Assembly: GCF_002113885.1 (NCBI RefSeq)
Contig: NW_018405139.1
Location: 1,573,797 to 1,637,796, forward strand
Length of the DNA stretch: 64,000 nt
Direction: 5' to 3'
Source of the DNA: Mizuhopecten yessoensis
Taxonomy: Eukaryota
Positions within the stretch are counted from its first letter, which is position 1. The number at the start of each line of letters is the position of its first letter. Shown here piece by piece: positions 40,719 through 53,440 of the stretch. The position numbers and the translations under genes are program-made. The notes under the pieces were generated by a model. That model was given only the letters and a program-made list of their open reading frames with translations. It was not told the DNA's origin and ran no database searches.

Positions 40719-42537
40719 CTGAAAACACAAAAACAAAAAACAACACATCAGTAAGATTTCAGAAAGATGACAATACATGTAGATTGTACCACTACTGTGC
40801 TAAGGATATATGCTACATTTACATTGTATACAAGTGATTTGTTATCTTACCTTACAATGGGGTTTTTATATCTGATTATTCACAACAGCTTGAGTATTTA
40901 ATACTCCATTCAAACATGTCACCAATTAAATTAAACACGTAACATTTCTATTAATGTAACACAAGATATATCACTTTTTTTTATAATGGAACTCTTTATA
41001 AAGGAGGTAATTTGTCAGTTAGGTAGCTTATATCCTTAAACAAATTATAATTTTGGTTGACATCACACCGCATTTTCATCAGCATATCACTGATTTACTT
41101 TCTTCATTTTCATTAATAATATGCCACAAATTGATGCGCAAATAAAAATCTTATCAGTTTCAGTAATTTCTTTTTTTCTTATACAGTGAACTATCAAAAT
41201 CTTATCTTTCTTAGTATCGTTACAAGATTTAATCAATTTCAGAACCATAATTTTATACATGCACATTTTTTTTGAAACTGGGCTTAAATGTATTAAACAA
41301 TATTCAAACTCATCTTGTAATGATATTCTATATATATTTATGTACATTTCACCTAGATTTTCAAATATGATATTTTTTTTACTAAAGCAAACAATTTTTT
41401 ACATCAATCAATATACAAGGTTAGATTATGAAATTAAATAAGATGCAATTCTGATAATTGATTGCTGAGATGTTGATGAAAGGGTCCAATTTTGTTTTAT
41501 AACCAGCTAACTGATTATCATTTTTTCATTCCATTTTCAACTAAACAGGAATTGAAAACTTATTTTGCAAGCTTTGAGTCCTTTGTCAAGCATGGAGTGT
41601 AACTGACCAGTGTCTCAACTCTCAACCGCTGAAAATTACTCTTTTTGTTTATTAATTTGTAGCCGTTGTTTTCAGCGGTTTAAATCGAGAAACCGGTCAA
41701 TTGCACTTTTTTGCTTGACAAAGGAAACAGATGTTTCTGTTAGCTCGCAAATCAAGTTTTCGAATTATGTTTGTGTTCAAAACAAACTTAGTCTTTCCTT
41801 TCACTACTAGTCCGGACAAACTAGCCACAACCAACATTTATTCAAGCAATATTAGTACAATCAGTCACTCAATGTTTAGCCATTATATAGCCATTCAAAC
41901 TTGGTACACGAACGAAGTATAACATTTTCACTACATTAGCCAATCAAAACCAAATAAATGCCCTTTAGAACACTCAGCCACATTATATTAAGTTGCCAAT
42001 CAAAATTTAATCTAATGCCTTAATATTCAACCAAAGTTATTTAGTGCTAGATTTTTAAAAGTTTGGTCCAAAGCAGACAAAATACATAATATGTATTTTT
42101 GTAACATTTGGAATCCGGTGTAATTTTTCTTCTGAATCGATGAAGCACCGTCATAAGTATCTGATCAATGCTGAATTAAGCAAGTTAAATTTAATTCAGG
42201 GGTGTATAATTCAATGCTGAGAATACTAGCCCACAGCTGGTTGATTTTGAAAACTTCAACATAAAATTTACTAGCTCCCTAGCATCAGGCTAGTGGAATT
42301 TTACACCCCAATATGCACATGTTAACCAATTACAAAATGTATTAACATATATAATTATCATAACAAAGCAACATAATTTAATAGATATAAGTCAGTCATA
42401 ATCTAACTAAATAAAATGTCTTAATCAAATCTTGTACTCTAGAATGTTTTAGCCAAATTATTTGATCACACATTAATGCATTTCATTTTAATAGAAAGCA
42501 GACACGTGTTTAGCAGCCAGACATAAATCACTCTAAC

Positions 42538-45500
42538 CTATACTGCTTCGTTCGGATTCTGGATGACTATCAATAAGTACTCCTGGTCTGTGAGACAGAA
42601 TGGAGAGAAAACAAATCAATAATGAAGGAACTTTTTACAACCATAATTTACACATCATTACACTTAAGTAAAAGTATGTTACATTGTCACTAATTGTCTA
42701 TAGTGAATCTTTGACGATATGTCATCAAGACATTGTTATTTTACTTATTTGTTAAAAACATAAAAACAATGATAAATGATCAAATGTACGACATGATCAT
42801 AAATCTCACACATCTTGTTTACCTGTATGATTTATATTACGAAACAATTGTCAAGATTGTGTAACTTTGCTTTGTCTTGATCACCTTACAATGTCTTTCT
42901 ATCGTTCTAACTAAACTTTATATTAAGATGGGCAATATACTTTAAACTGTATCTGGAAGCTGCAAACCAATCAATGATCATATATTATCAGTTCATAATT
43001 GTATTGGACTGAATGGGACATCACTATTGCACCATGGTAATATCAATAGACAGAGTTGTTTAAATTTTACACAGATTTTATTGTTTTTAACATTATTTAT
43101 ATAAAAAAAAAAAAGGAATGGGGAAACCAATTGTTTTTTCCATTATAACTGATCATCACTACCAATGAATTTAAAATATCAAATGAAAAATTTACATTTG
43201 ATAAATAGTTTTCTCACAAATATAAGGATGCTAATTTGACCTGTTGATTGATAAGATGTTTTCTTTGTATATCTTGAACCTTTACATTAAAAATGTTCAA
43301 TTCATTGAAATGTCTAGAAAATTTTGAAGCAAGAGAACCGCAGGGCAGTTCTAACAATACCGGGTAGTATCAGTTTTTATATAAGTACATACATATGTAC
43401 TTATAAATTTTCATCAAAATCAAAAGATATTTAAGCAAAGTTATCTTATAAAAAACAAAGTGTGGACGGATATGCAGATGGACAGCCATCATAACTGATG
43501 CCTACCATACCATTATATGTCCCATCAATTTTTTTCAACAGGCGTTTAAAAATCAAACAATATTACGTCCCTACTCTTGCTGTGATTGAAATGGAACAAA
43601 ATTCTAGCAAAGTCAATTAAGTGGAAAAAATTAGGCCACGTACAGTGACCAACATTGAATATAATACATGCACTGGTATTTGTATAGTGTTTTTTTCTAC
43701 AAATTTAAAAATAAATTGGGTGGCATCGGTAGTTTGACACAGGCAGAATATAGAAATTTGGGGGGTGGGGGGAATTCACAATCCCTTCTTCTGGAGAAAA
43801 TAATACTGTATATAGCACTCTTCAAGATAGATGAATTTGAGAAACTCCAACCAAGAAATCATACAAAATTAATGGAAACACTAAGCATACTAATTAAGAA
43901 AACTCTTTAGTTGGAATTTCAGCTTTTTATCATTTTACAATAACCTAAGGTTATATAATTTGGTAATGATTTTCAGGTTTCCTGAAATTGAATCCATGGA
44001 CTGAAAATAATAAGATTTATAAGACACAAATTATTGTAAGACTTTCTTACCTGGTGCTACCATTATCTCATGTTTTTTTGACCGAATTCTGAGAAACGTA
44101 AGATCATTCTGTGGGTCTATGTCTCGTACAGTACTCCGCGCCTTCTGTGTGAGCTGATGAAATAGACCAGCATACTGTATGGTAACGGAATTATCAAGTG
44201 TCGATCTGATGGGAATGCCTGTAAAAACAAACATTACAAACATTTTATAAAAAATATATTTAAATATGTATACTCCAAAATATTGACTTGAAAATCAATA
44301 TGCTTGTCCCCTTAGCCTCAGACAATCAATTACTTTTTATGGTTGACAATTTCAGGTCATCTACAATAAAACAGATACCAACCGGAGTTTAAAGATATAT
44401 GATATGCAGAAGACATGACTGAAAGTAAATGTGAACAAGTTACCTTCATGATTGACAACGACAATCCCAATTACACCTTTATGTGCAGATATTCTCTTGA
44501 AGGTTTCTTCGATTTCAGTCTGGAAATAAAACATACACCTCATTTTACACATGACCTGTTACACAAGGTGAACTGCTGTAAAGTCTATGAAAATTACTTA
44601 CATGACTGAAACTGCATAATATTGATGAAGATTAACTATCTACATCTACAAAACACTGACCACCTTCATCAAGCTGATGATTGTGTCAAGGTGTGAGTGA
44701 GAGGGGGTTAACACTAAGAAGAGAAGGAATGAGAGAGAGGGACAGATAGAAAAATAATGGCATATAGTGGAAAGAGCGTATTGCAGATTTGAAAGCCAAA
44801 GTCGAGGGGATTGATGCGATGTCAGGTTGCAAGGAGTTCCAGTCAATGATTTTTCCAGGAGAGAAGAAGTATTTACGTGCCTGTGTTCTACATGAGAGAG
44901 TTTGATAGGTATTCTGGTGGGCTTGGTGTTATCTTGTAACTTTGTAAGGTGGATTAGATGGACAAGGAGATCTCTTCTGATGTTATTTTTATTGTATGTT
45001 ATTTTGTGTAGTGTGGTTTAAGCCGCATATCTTTCCTTCTGTGTTCAAGGGAATGCCAGTATAGGGTTGATTTCATGTCACCAACACTGGAGGTGTTTCT
45101 GTGATTGTTGGTGATAAACCTGGCTGCTCTTCTTTGTACCATTTTTATATTGTTTTATTTGTTTATGTCAGTCTGGTTGTAAGGGTCCAAAACTGAGCAG
45201 GCATTTTCTAGAGATGGTCTTACTAGGGTTTTATATATATGCCTGCTCCTTGGCAGAACTTAAACCGATCTTAAAAGTTCATATGGAAAAAGCCCAGAGT
45301 GGAATTGGCTTTCCACACTGTGACAGATGTTTGATATGTGGGATTCCCATTTCAGGTACGACTGTATAGTGTTGCCTAGGTATTTGGCATTGTCTACATG
45401 TTGTAAGTAAGTAAATGTGATGTTGGACCTGTTCATTGTTTGTAATGGAGAGGATGCTACAATTGTCTGGGTGGAATGACATTTCCAATTACTTTTCAGA

Positions 45501-46331
45501 TCATGTTAGCTTATATATCCAGGTCTTCTTGAAGGCAAAGAGCATTGGAAGGACATGTAATAGTTAGATATGCAATGATGTCATCTGGTAAAAAGCATGC
45601 AGTGGAATTCACACCGACAGAATAGGAAGAGAGATGGACCTAACACTCTGGTTCTTTAGTGTTATGATGATTCATCATTGAATCAGTGATTCGTGGGGGG
45701 TTGGTTAATAAAGATTCTGATGATTTATTAAAATTTAATTTCTTACAGCGAAATGTGCTACAAAATTCACACATATATGTTGCCAACGTTTTCAGTTGAC
45801 ACTTGGTAAAAAGCAATTTTAGAAGTAAAAAAAAATAAAAAAATTGGAGAGTCAAAACACATGTCCAATACTGAATCACAGGGTCACGTTACAAATGTCT
45901 GAAATACACATATGCTATACTGATTTGGGTCACAACACACATAAACATACACATGTTTATGCGTGTTGTAACCCATATGTGTATTTCAGACATTTGTAAG
46001 TTGACCCTGTGACTGAATAGAGTCGAATTACCTCTCAAGGGTTCATTTTTGAAAGCCCAGATGAGCATATTCTTAGCGTTAGAGTGTTTAAAACACAATA
46101 TTCACTTACAGAAGTATAATCGGGGTTGTTTTTGTGACATCAAATGTTCAATATTAAATTTTGCATCGTGAATGTTGATCATAATCACATGCCAAACAAG
46201 TCCGCGTTTCAATAATGAACAGAATGTGTTAAGTATGCTGTCCATTTTATGACCAGTTATTATTAAAATAAACGAATCGCATAATGTTGAAACTATGGCT
46301 TAAGGTCGTATATATAAGGTTTACTTACCAT
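42538..46331 (-). CDS. DYNLRB: Dynein light chain roadblock-type, isoform with proximal last exon (98 aa). Exons 46329-46331, 44444-44519, 44051-44218, 42538-42587
   Basis: M|[25 protein letters not shown]|[56 protein letters not shown]|[19 protein letters not shown]-only first coding exon (CACCATG|GTAAGT), then 76- and 168-nt exons with GT-AG ends. Confidence 0.95.
44630..45640 (-). mobile_element. Decayed LINE (RTE-like) RT/3' fragment in roadblock intron 1
   Basis: Degenerate [49 protein letters not shown]. (GTAGAT)n-like tail near 44640. Confidence 0.75.
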
Positions 46332-46399
46332 GGTGAATGTCTCTTAAGTTTACGTTTTGGTAAAATCTTGCTTTCGTTGCTACGACTTTTTTGACATGC

Positions 46400-46455
46400 G
46401 CATTGGAAGTTTCCGGTATTCTAAACTCCTTTTCCGGGAAACCGTATCCGGCATT
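46400..46455 (-). promoter_or_regulatory. Candidate roadblock proximal promoter with ETS-like CCGGAA motifs
   Basis: Plus-strand TTCCGG occurs twice (~46411, ~46432) within ~100 bp upstream of the ATG exon. Confidence 0.4.
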
Positions 46456-46596
46456 AAAATTCCGATTTCACCACACATGACGTGTTTTACTTACTAATGT
46501 TAAACTGCACACTAATATTAGCGAACGCGAAAGCATGTTAAACGTTTAAATATTTTAATCAGCTTTAGATACAACGAACATGCTGTTGTCCAGTAA

Positions 46597-46656
46597 TACT
46601 TCCCTTCATTCACAGCGTGACTGGATATCCAGTCACGCTGTGAATGAAGGGAAGTA
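46597..46656. repeat. Perfect 60-bp palindrome with no spacer
   Basis: TACTTCCCTTCATTCACAGCGTGACTGGAT|ATCCAGTCACGCTGTGAATGAAGGGAAGTA. Confidence 0.95.
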
Positions 46657-47399
46657 ACTCGGAAAACGTTAGATGGTTGGATCTAGATCTAAGTCCGTGG
46701 TAATGAGACTATTCGTTTGAATGTTACATTCCAGATATGAAAACAATGTGTTTCGGTAAATAATAACCCCGATAATGTCCTAATGAGTTGAGTACACGAG
46801 TATAGAACTTGTGTCAGCAAAAATGATAAGATTCTGACTTGAATGGCAGAACGAACATTTCTAGAGTAGAAATGGCTACTATCAAACTCTCCAACCAAGG
46901 CAGAATGGAAATCGGTGCTACGGAAAGCCACAACAGAAAATATAGAGCCGAAATTAACATATATTCAATTAATTGTACCAATCAAATAATTGAAGATGTG
47001 TTCAATTTAATTGAAGATACATGTATATGTTCTTCAATTAAATGATTGGAGATAGGTACAATTCAATTGGATATAGGTACAAATAATTGTACCTATCTTA
47101 ATTAATTATATAAAGCCGGAAAGGTACAATTGAATTGAACCTATCTTCAATTGAATTGTCACCTCTGCAGGTGAAAAGATCGGGAAAAGATATAATACCT
47201 GTTACCCACTGCATGTATCGTAGGAGGTGACTAATGTGCGAACCCTCCACAGAATTGGGGATTTGCTTTGGTGTCCTCTATTTGGGGACACAAAAGCGAC
47301 CAAAATAAATCTGCTACGCCCATTGCAGTATTTGAGATCTTTATCTTTCTTTCTACTTCTAACTACCTTTTATTTCCTAGCGACTTGCTTGGCACTGAA

Positions 47400-47817
47400 C
47401 ACCCCACTTTTGGCCTTAATGTTGAGCGTTCGCCCAGATGAGGAAGGCAATGGGTTCTGTTCCCAGGTCGGGACATTTCAAAGTCCTTAATAATGGTAGT
47501 TGTTATTCCCTGCCTAACATTCAGCATTAAGGGGAATGGCAACAACTGGTTCACCTGTTGTCAGTATAATGTGACCGGGCGGAATGCTGTGCTGGGTGCC
47601 TTCGGCATGGTATTTACGTGAGATAGCACTATAAAGTCGGCATCAGTTCACCGCTATCACAAGGAGACAAGCACACCAACATACCCTTTCTCCTGCATAC
47701 ACACACAAAAGCATACATACACTACAGTACATACATAGAGGCACGTCCTTAAATTACCTTAGCTGTTTATAATGGGACGTTAAACAACATAAAACCAAAC
47801 GAAACCAAACCAAACCA
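47400..47817 (+). mobile_element. Near full-length Meta-type SINE inserted in an AATTGTACC-repeat element
   Basis: Degenerate tRNA head, TGTCAGTATAATGTGACCGGG core, (CA)-rich region, GGACGTTAAAC, (AAACC)n tail. Host repeat motif continues on both sides (46960-47160, 47818-47850). Confidence 0.78.
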
Positions 47818-48159
47818 ATTGAGTTGTACCTTTCTTCAATTATTTGTATGTGCAATTATTTGAGTAATGTTAGGACAACTTCCCTTTGAGAGCATCACTT
47901 AGGACTCTATCAAGCTAGGAAAACCACACCATACCTATAACCACTGTGGGATTAAACCAAACGGATGTATGCCGAGCCGACTGACATGATTTTAACGGGG
48001 AGATAGCGAATGATACAGTCAATTTAAGCTGACTAGGCCCGCTATGAATGCCCTAGGCTTTTTGATGATGACGATTGTCTCCTGGAGTTGGTTCCACTCA
48101 GGTAAAGTCCTCACGAATATGCTTGTATTAACTCCAGTAATAGTGACTGTGAGTGGTTT

Positions 48160-49265
48160 CTTTGAAGTTTCTGTACCGGGTTCTAACTTTGAGATATTAG
48201 GATGACGGCAGTGCTGACACTAACCCCTCAATCACTTTAAAATAGGAAATATCAGGCGCAACTTCTTTCTCCTGTTTTATAGTGATTGAAGGTCCAGATC
48301 CGACAGCACGCACTGGGTGGTCCCTGGATCTACTGAGCGATATATAGTCTCCGTTTCTTAATCTTTCCAACTTACATGTAAGCCTTCGCATAGGAATACC
48401 AAATAATGACCCCGTACTCCAAAGTAGATCTTACTAATGATATGTAGGCAACTGGCTGGCACCGATTACATTGACCAGTTTGCCTACTTTCTTAAAGACA
48501 GGAGCAACATTTGCATTCAGCCAGTCACACATGCAGTATCTTGTTGGGGATGTTGTCAGGTTCAAATTTTTTCGAAACTTTTATGTCTGTAAACAGTTTC
48601 TTATTCCCATTCTCAGGTATGATGATGTCAGAGATTGGGGTCCTTCACATGACTCTGTGTAATGGGTGGAGGTGATGATGGTTGACATCGAGTGAACACT
48701 GAACTGAATTATTCGAGAAGAACCCCAGCCTTTGCTTGGTTGTCACTGTGAGGTTGATTATAGAATTTCAGCGGAGTCAGATTCTTTAGTCACACCGATA
48801 TTGTCTTGCTTCTTTGATTAAATATATTTCCAGAAGGGCTTGCTGTTGTTGTTAGCAAAGCCTTCATTAATAGTTTTGTTTCGATAAGCCCACTCCACAT
48901 GCCTGAAACCACGCTCACATTCCTTCTGAGTATTGCGATCACTTTTATAACCGGCGCTTCTTCTGTAGAAGCCTCTTACGTCTGTTGTTAACCCAAGGTA
49001 AGGTATTTCTTTGTTCGTATGGTTTGAAAGGGATAATGGACTCGACCGCTTTAATTGTGTTCCAGAGGCTGTCAAGGCTGTCTCCAATATCGTACATTCC
49101 CTTGATGTTCTGCGCAAGATTACAAGTTGTGAGGTAGGTTGGTTTCCTGACAACGTTTTTTTGGTTTGGTATACGAGTTTGTAATGGCAATGTCATGGTC
49201 TAAGATGCCTGGGAAAATTTGCCGTGCTCTTGATAAATGATGGATTAGTTGTGAGACTGCTGAAC
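48160..49265 (-). mobile_element. Decayed LINE ORF2 fragment (end of endonuclease to pre-RT), continuing at 51666-51770
   Basis: LTTNPSFIKS..FPGI.DHDIA, LPWVN, NNNSKPFWKYI. Beyond the composite element, VILCG*FSFPNID* resembles the APE GDFN..IDW motif. Confidence 0.7.
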
Positions 49266-51665
49266 AGGTAGCGCAGAGTACAGTAGCGTACGGTGGCCAT
49301 GGGTGATATTTTTATACAATGAATAACCCCTGTAATATAACATGTATCAAAATTTAAAAAAAAATCAGCACTAAAATTGGCATATACATGATGAAGTGGA
49401 CTATGTTGGCTTCATAATTTAAAAAAAAGAAAAGTCGAATTTGGTTTGAGACTACAATTTTGGGCATTTACGAATCTGTGTCTACACAACAAAAGCTAGC
49501 TTTTCATGTAGTCTATTTTTGTACTCAGCACATGTGTAAATATTGTGAAAAATCCACCGGAATGACCTATGCTAAAACGTGAGTATTTCTGTTACCGAGT
49601 AGGCGATATTTAATTTCAGACAGGTTTTAAGAAAAACAATTCTACTTGCGGGGGTCAAATTCTGGGTTAAAAATCATGATTTTTTGCATATTTTGGTGTT
49701 TTTTGATGTGGTAACCATGGTTTTCAGAAGTCCCAAATCTGGGGAAATCACTTTTTGAAAAAAAAAATGTTCTTCTAAAAAACACCTATTAAAAATGTAG
49801 TTTATAAATATATATATATATGTAGGTGTGTTGTGCAGGATGAATCCGCTATCCATGTTTATCCGAGACATGCCCTTTATTTTTAGGGTCAAGCCATTTC
49901 TACTGTACTCTGCCACCTTATACACACAGACATTGATTTTTTCTGAAAAAAAGCCTTTTTATGCTTTATTCAGCTTCACTTTCATTCATTATTGCTTAAA
50001 ACTACTCAAAACGTTTAAAAAGTTACATATAAAGGTCAATATATAGGTCACTAGCCTATTACCTGTGAATGTATAAAGAGGGGTTAACTCGCCCTTTTCA
50101 CAGGCACTTCACACTTCATCACATATGTGTCAATTGTGTAATTGGTAAAGTTGATACCAAACAACAAATAATTAACAGGCTATCTCCTGATGCATTCAGA
50201 CCAGATTTCAGTCTGTTTCACTTAGTTCAGCACCCGGTATCCATGGTAACTAACACATAAAGTTGTATTTATTGAAAATGGGTAAAATATCTGTTTTCAT
50301 TCTAATTACACTATTTTATATGTTTTTTTCCACTTGATTCAGCTTACAGATTAAATTAACAAAGTCAATAATGTCAATAAATTTTATTTCCATAATTACA
50401 GCTGAAGAAAACTTTTTTTTCTAGTGAAATATGTAAAATGACCAATGTCTGGGGTCACTGTCAATTCTAGGCGAGGAAAGTAAACAACGGTTGCTATGGT
50501 GTCATTTGTCTGATGTTTCAGAATATCTGACAGTTTTGTGCTGTTCATCGGTTACGGGAAGTGTGTCTGTTTCTAGTTTGTTGTTGTGATGGGTTTCCTG
50601 GTATTCATTTTGATATCAGTGAGCCTTGATGATGTCACATATGCCCATTGATGACGTCATAGTTATGATGACATCACAGTAACTATGACGTCATCACACA
50701 AGACAGAAACATCCTTGTATCACTGTTCTGTTTTGTTTTTCACATGCACATGATCTTAAAGCATCATATTTTACCCCAAAAAAAAAATTATTCCTGAAAA
50801 CTACAAAGTTATTCAAGTTTTAATTTTTCAGATTACCTCCCTTTGTTGGTAGTTTGAGAGCAGAATTGGTAAAAAATCACCTAGCAGGAGAATTCATATT
50901 ACTCGGTCACTTTTAAAGTGAGAAAGGAAACGGATACATCTTTTTGTTCATTGTGTCATTTTCCAGACATTTAAAAGGTTTTGATTGAATTTTGGGGGAA
51001 AAAAAGGGATGTATAAGGTAGCAGAGTACAGTAGCGTACGGTGGCCATGGGTGATATTTTTATACAATGAATAACCCCTGTAATATAACATGTATCAAAA
51101 TTTAAAAAAAAAATCAGCACTAAAATTGGCATATACATGATGAAGTGGACTATGTGGGCTTCATAATTTAAAAAAAAGAAAAGTCGAATTTGGTTTGAGA
51201 CTACAATTTTGGGCATTTACGAATCTGTGTCTACACAACAAAAGCTAGCTTTTCAGGTAGTCTATTTTTGTACTCAGCACATGTGTAAATATTGTGAAAA
51301 ATCCACCGGAATGACCAATGCTAAAACGTGAGTATTTCTGTTACCGAGTAGGCGATACTTAATTTCAGACAGGTTTTAAGAAAAACAATTCTACTCGCGG
51401 GGGTCAAATTCTGGGTAAAAAATAATGATTTTTTGCATATTTTGGTGTTTTTTGATGTGGTAACCATGGTTTTCAGAAGTCCCAAATCTGGGGAAATCAC
51501 TTTTTGAAAAAAAAATGTTCTTCTAAAAAACACCTATTCAAAATGTAGTTTATAAATATATATATATATGTAGGTGTGTTGTGCAGGATGAATCCGCTTT
51601 CCATGTTCATCCGAGACATGCCCTTTATTTTTAGGGTCAAGCCATTTCTACTGTACTCTGCCACC
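49266..51665. mobile_element. Non-autonomous composite DNA transposon with two ~650-bp long direct repeats, each TIR-capped (KolobokP-like)
   Basis: 49266-49918 and 51016-51665 are near-identical direct repeats. Each begins AGGTAGC(GC)AGAGTACAGTAG and ends CTACTGTACTCTGCCACC(T). The 1097-bp internal segment is bounded by TATACA...TGTATA and has no long ORF. Confidence 0.8.
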
Positions 51666-52188
51666 ACGAGATGGTCTTGACTGGCACCGAGTAGTTGATC
51701 AGTCAATATTGGGGAAGCTAAACTAGCCGCACAAGATGACAGGCATGTTCCCATTTCCCGTCAAGCGATCTAGCAACCTACATAATTTGGGGCATCTAAA
51801 GTTTTATTTGAAAATACGGTGTGGAATGCAACCATAGGGCACTTGTTGAATTCCAAAAGTAAAAAAGAGCAATATTGAAATAACCAAGATTTGACTAGAT
51901 CTATTTTTAACAAGGTAAATTGTACTCTGAAACACACAAAATGAATCTGTGTATGTGTGTATGCGGGGGTTGAAGGGTGGATTTCGGGGAGCATGGTCCC
52001 TTCCCAACCATTTTAAACTCTCTTGATTTGCTGTATCTGATCCTGTAGAATACATTAAATCCAAAGAATGAATCAAAGGTCATGTGCTGATGAGAGAGCT
52101 TCTTGCCAATTAGACATGAGGGTAATTTGTAGAATAAAATAAATATATAAATAAAATAGTATACTTTAAGGTCTCACGGCCAACCACA

Positions 52189-52292
52189 ATCTGATTAAAA
52201 CCATATCTTGACCTGCGTCTCGTTCCCTAAACTACATAGCAGAGTGTAGTTTACAGAACGGAGCGTAGATCAAGATATGGTTTTAATAAGAT
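52189..52292. repeat. Hairpin/MITE remnant
   Basis: ATCTGATTAAAACCATATCTTGACC ... GATCAAGATATGGTTTTAATAAGAT. Confidence 0.65.
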
Positions 52293-53049
52293 AGATTAGC
52301 CAGGCTCCGTCTGCTTGTCATGACAGCGACATCCAAATAATTCTGGTACCATGGTTATTTCATTAGACTATTTCTTATACATTATACTTACTTACGTATA
52401 TGATACAGTTTAACTCCTTGCTTGCTCCACTACTTCTCTTTTCAAAAGAACCTTAATTTTTGCTCTACCGCTTTAAAAAAAAAAAAAAATGCTTTTAAAG
52501 GTGATTTTTAGTCTACGGATTCATCGAAACAGCGGTAAAATCACTAAAACACGTTTTTTTTCGGGAAAAATAATAGAAATATTGTAAAATATATATATTG
52601 TTTTTTAAATTGAAATGTCTTGACCCCTTTTTTCATGTAACGTGTTACCAAAGTATGATCACAGATCACATTGGGTTCAATGTCTGTCACATTTTTACAC
52701 TTAAATACATCAGCTGGAGGTAAATAGGTTTTCATTCCCTCTGGTATTAATTGAAAGGAGCTACTAGGTCTATTATACTATTGCTGACTGCCAATAACAG
52801 GGCGCGGAATCTCTATTTAGTATTACTTATACCAAGTGTTAGTTTAACCTTGGAAATCTTTCTTGTACAGTATGTTAAAAATTGAATTCTGTGACTCTTA
52901 CCAGTACCGTATGACGAGTATGCCATGACAGTAAAATTTTGTATCTTTTTATAACACTTTGGAGTTGATTTAATGGTATAAAAGTTGTAATAATAGTTCA
53001 TCAGAGTTATAACATGTCAATAGCACCATAGAGTTTGGTAGACGGGCTT

Positions 53050-53440
53050 CTTTGCTCACCTGGGCCGAAGGGCATAGCGAGCTTATGCCATGGCGCGACG
53101 TCCGTCTTCCGACCATCCAGGGCGTCAATATTTTTTTTACTTTAAACGATTTCCACTTTATGGCCAGAAATATGCTTGGATAAATGTCTATGGAAATTTA
53201 CCGGTAAAAAGGGTGAATTTTTGACAAGGCAAACATTTTCCCTGTTTACAGTATTTGTTCTCCCAGTAGTAGTAGTAGTTATATCTGGTGGTTTGAATGA
53301 AAAATGATATTTGCATTTATTTTGCGTTCATGACTAATGTCGCTTACATATATATAAAAACCGATCATCCTTCAGAGGTCGCCAGCAGGGACGATTTTGA
53401 GCAAAGACCAATTAATGCTAAATGTCTCCAAACTCTTATG
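53050..53440. mobile_element. Helentron/HINE-like non-autonomous element fragment
   Basis: TTTGCTCACCTGGGCCGAAGGGCATAGCGAGCTTATG followed by CGTC repeats. Related GACG-repeat fragments at ~40040-40170 and ~43330-43550. Confidence 0.5.

Noticed and set aside
49266-51665. LTR retrotransposon / TRIM
   Set aside because: The repeats lack TG...CA ends, PBS and TSD, and carry their own TIRs, which fits a DNA element better.
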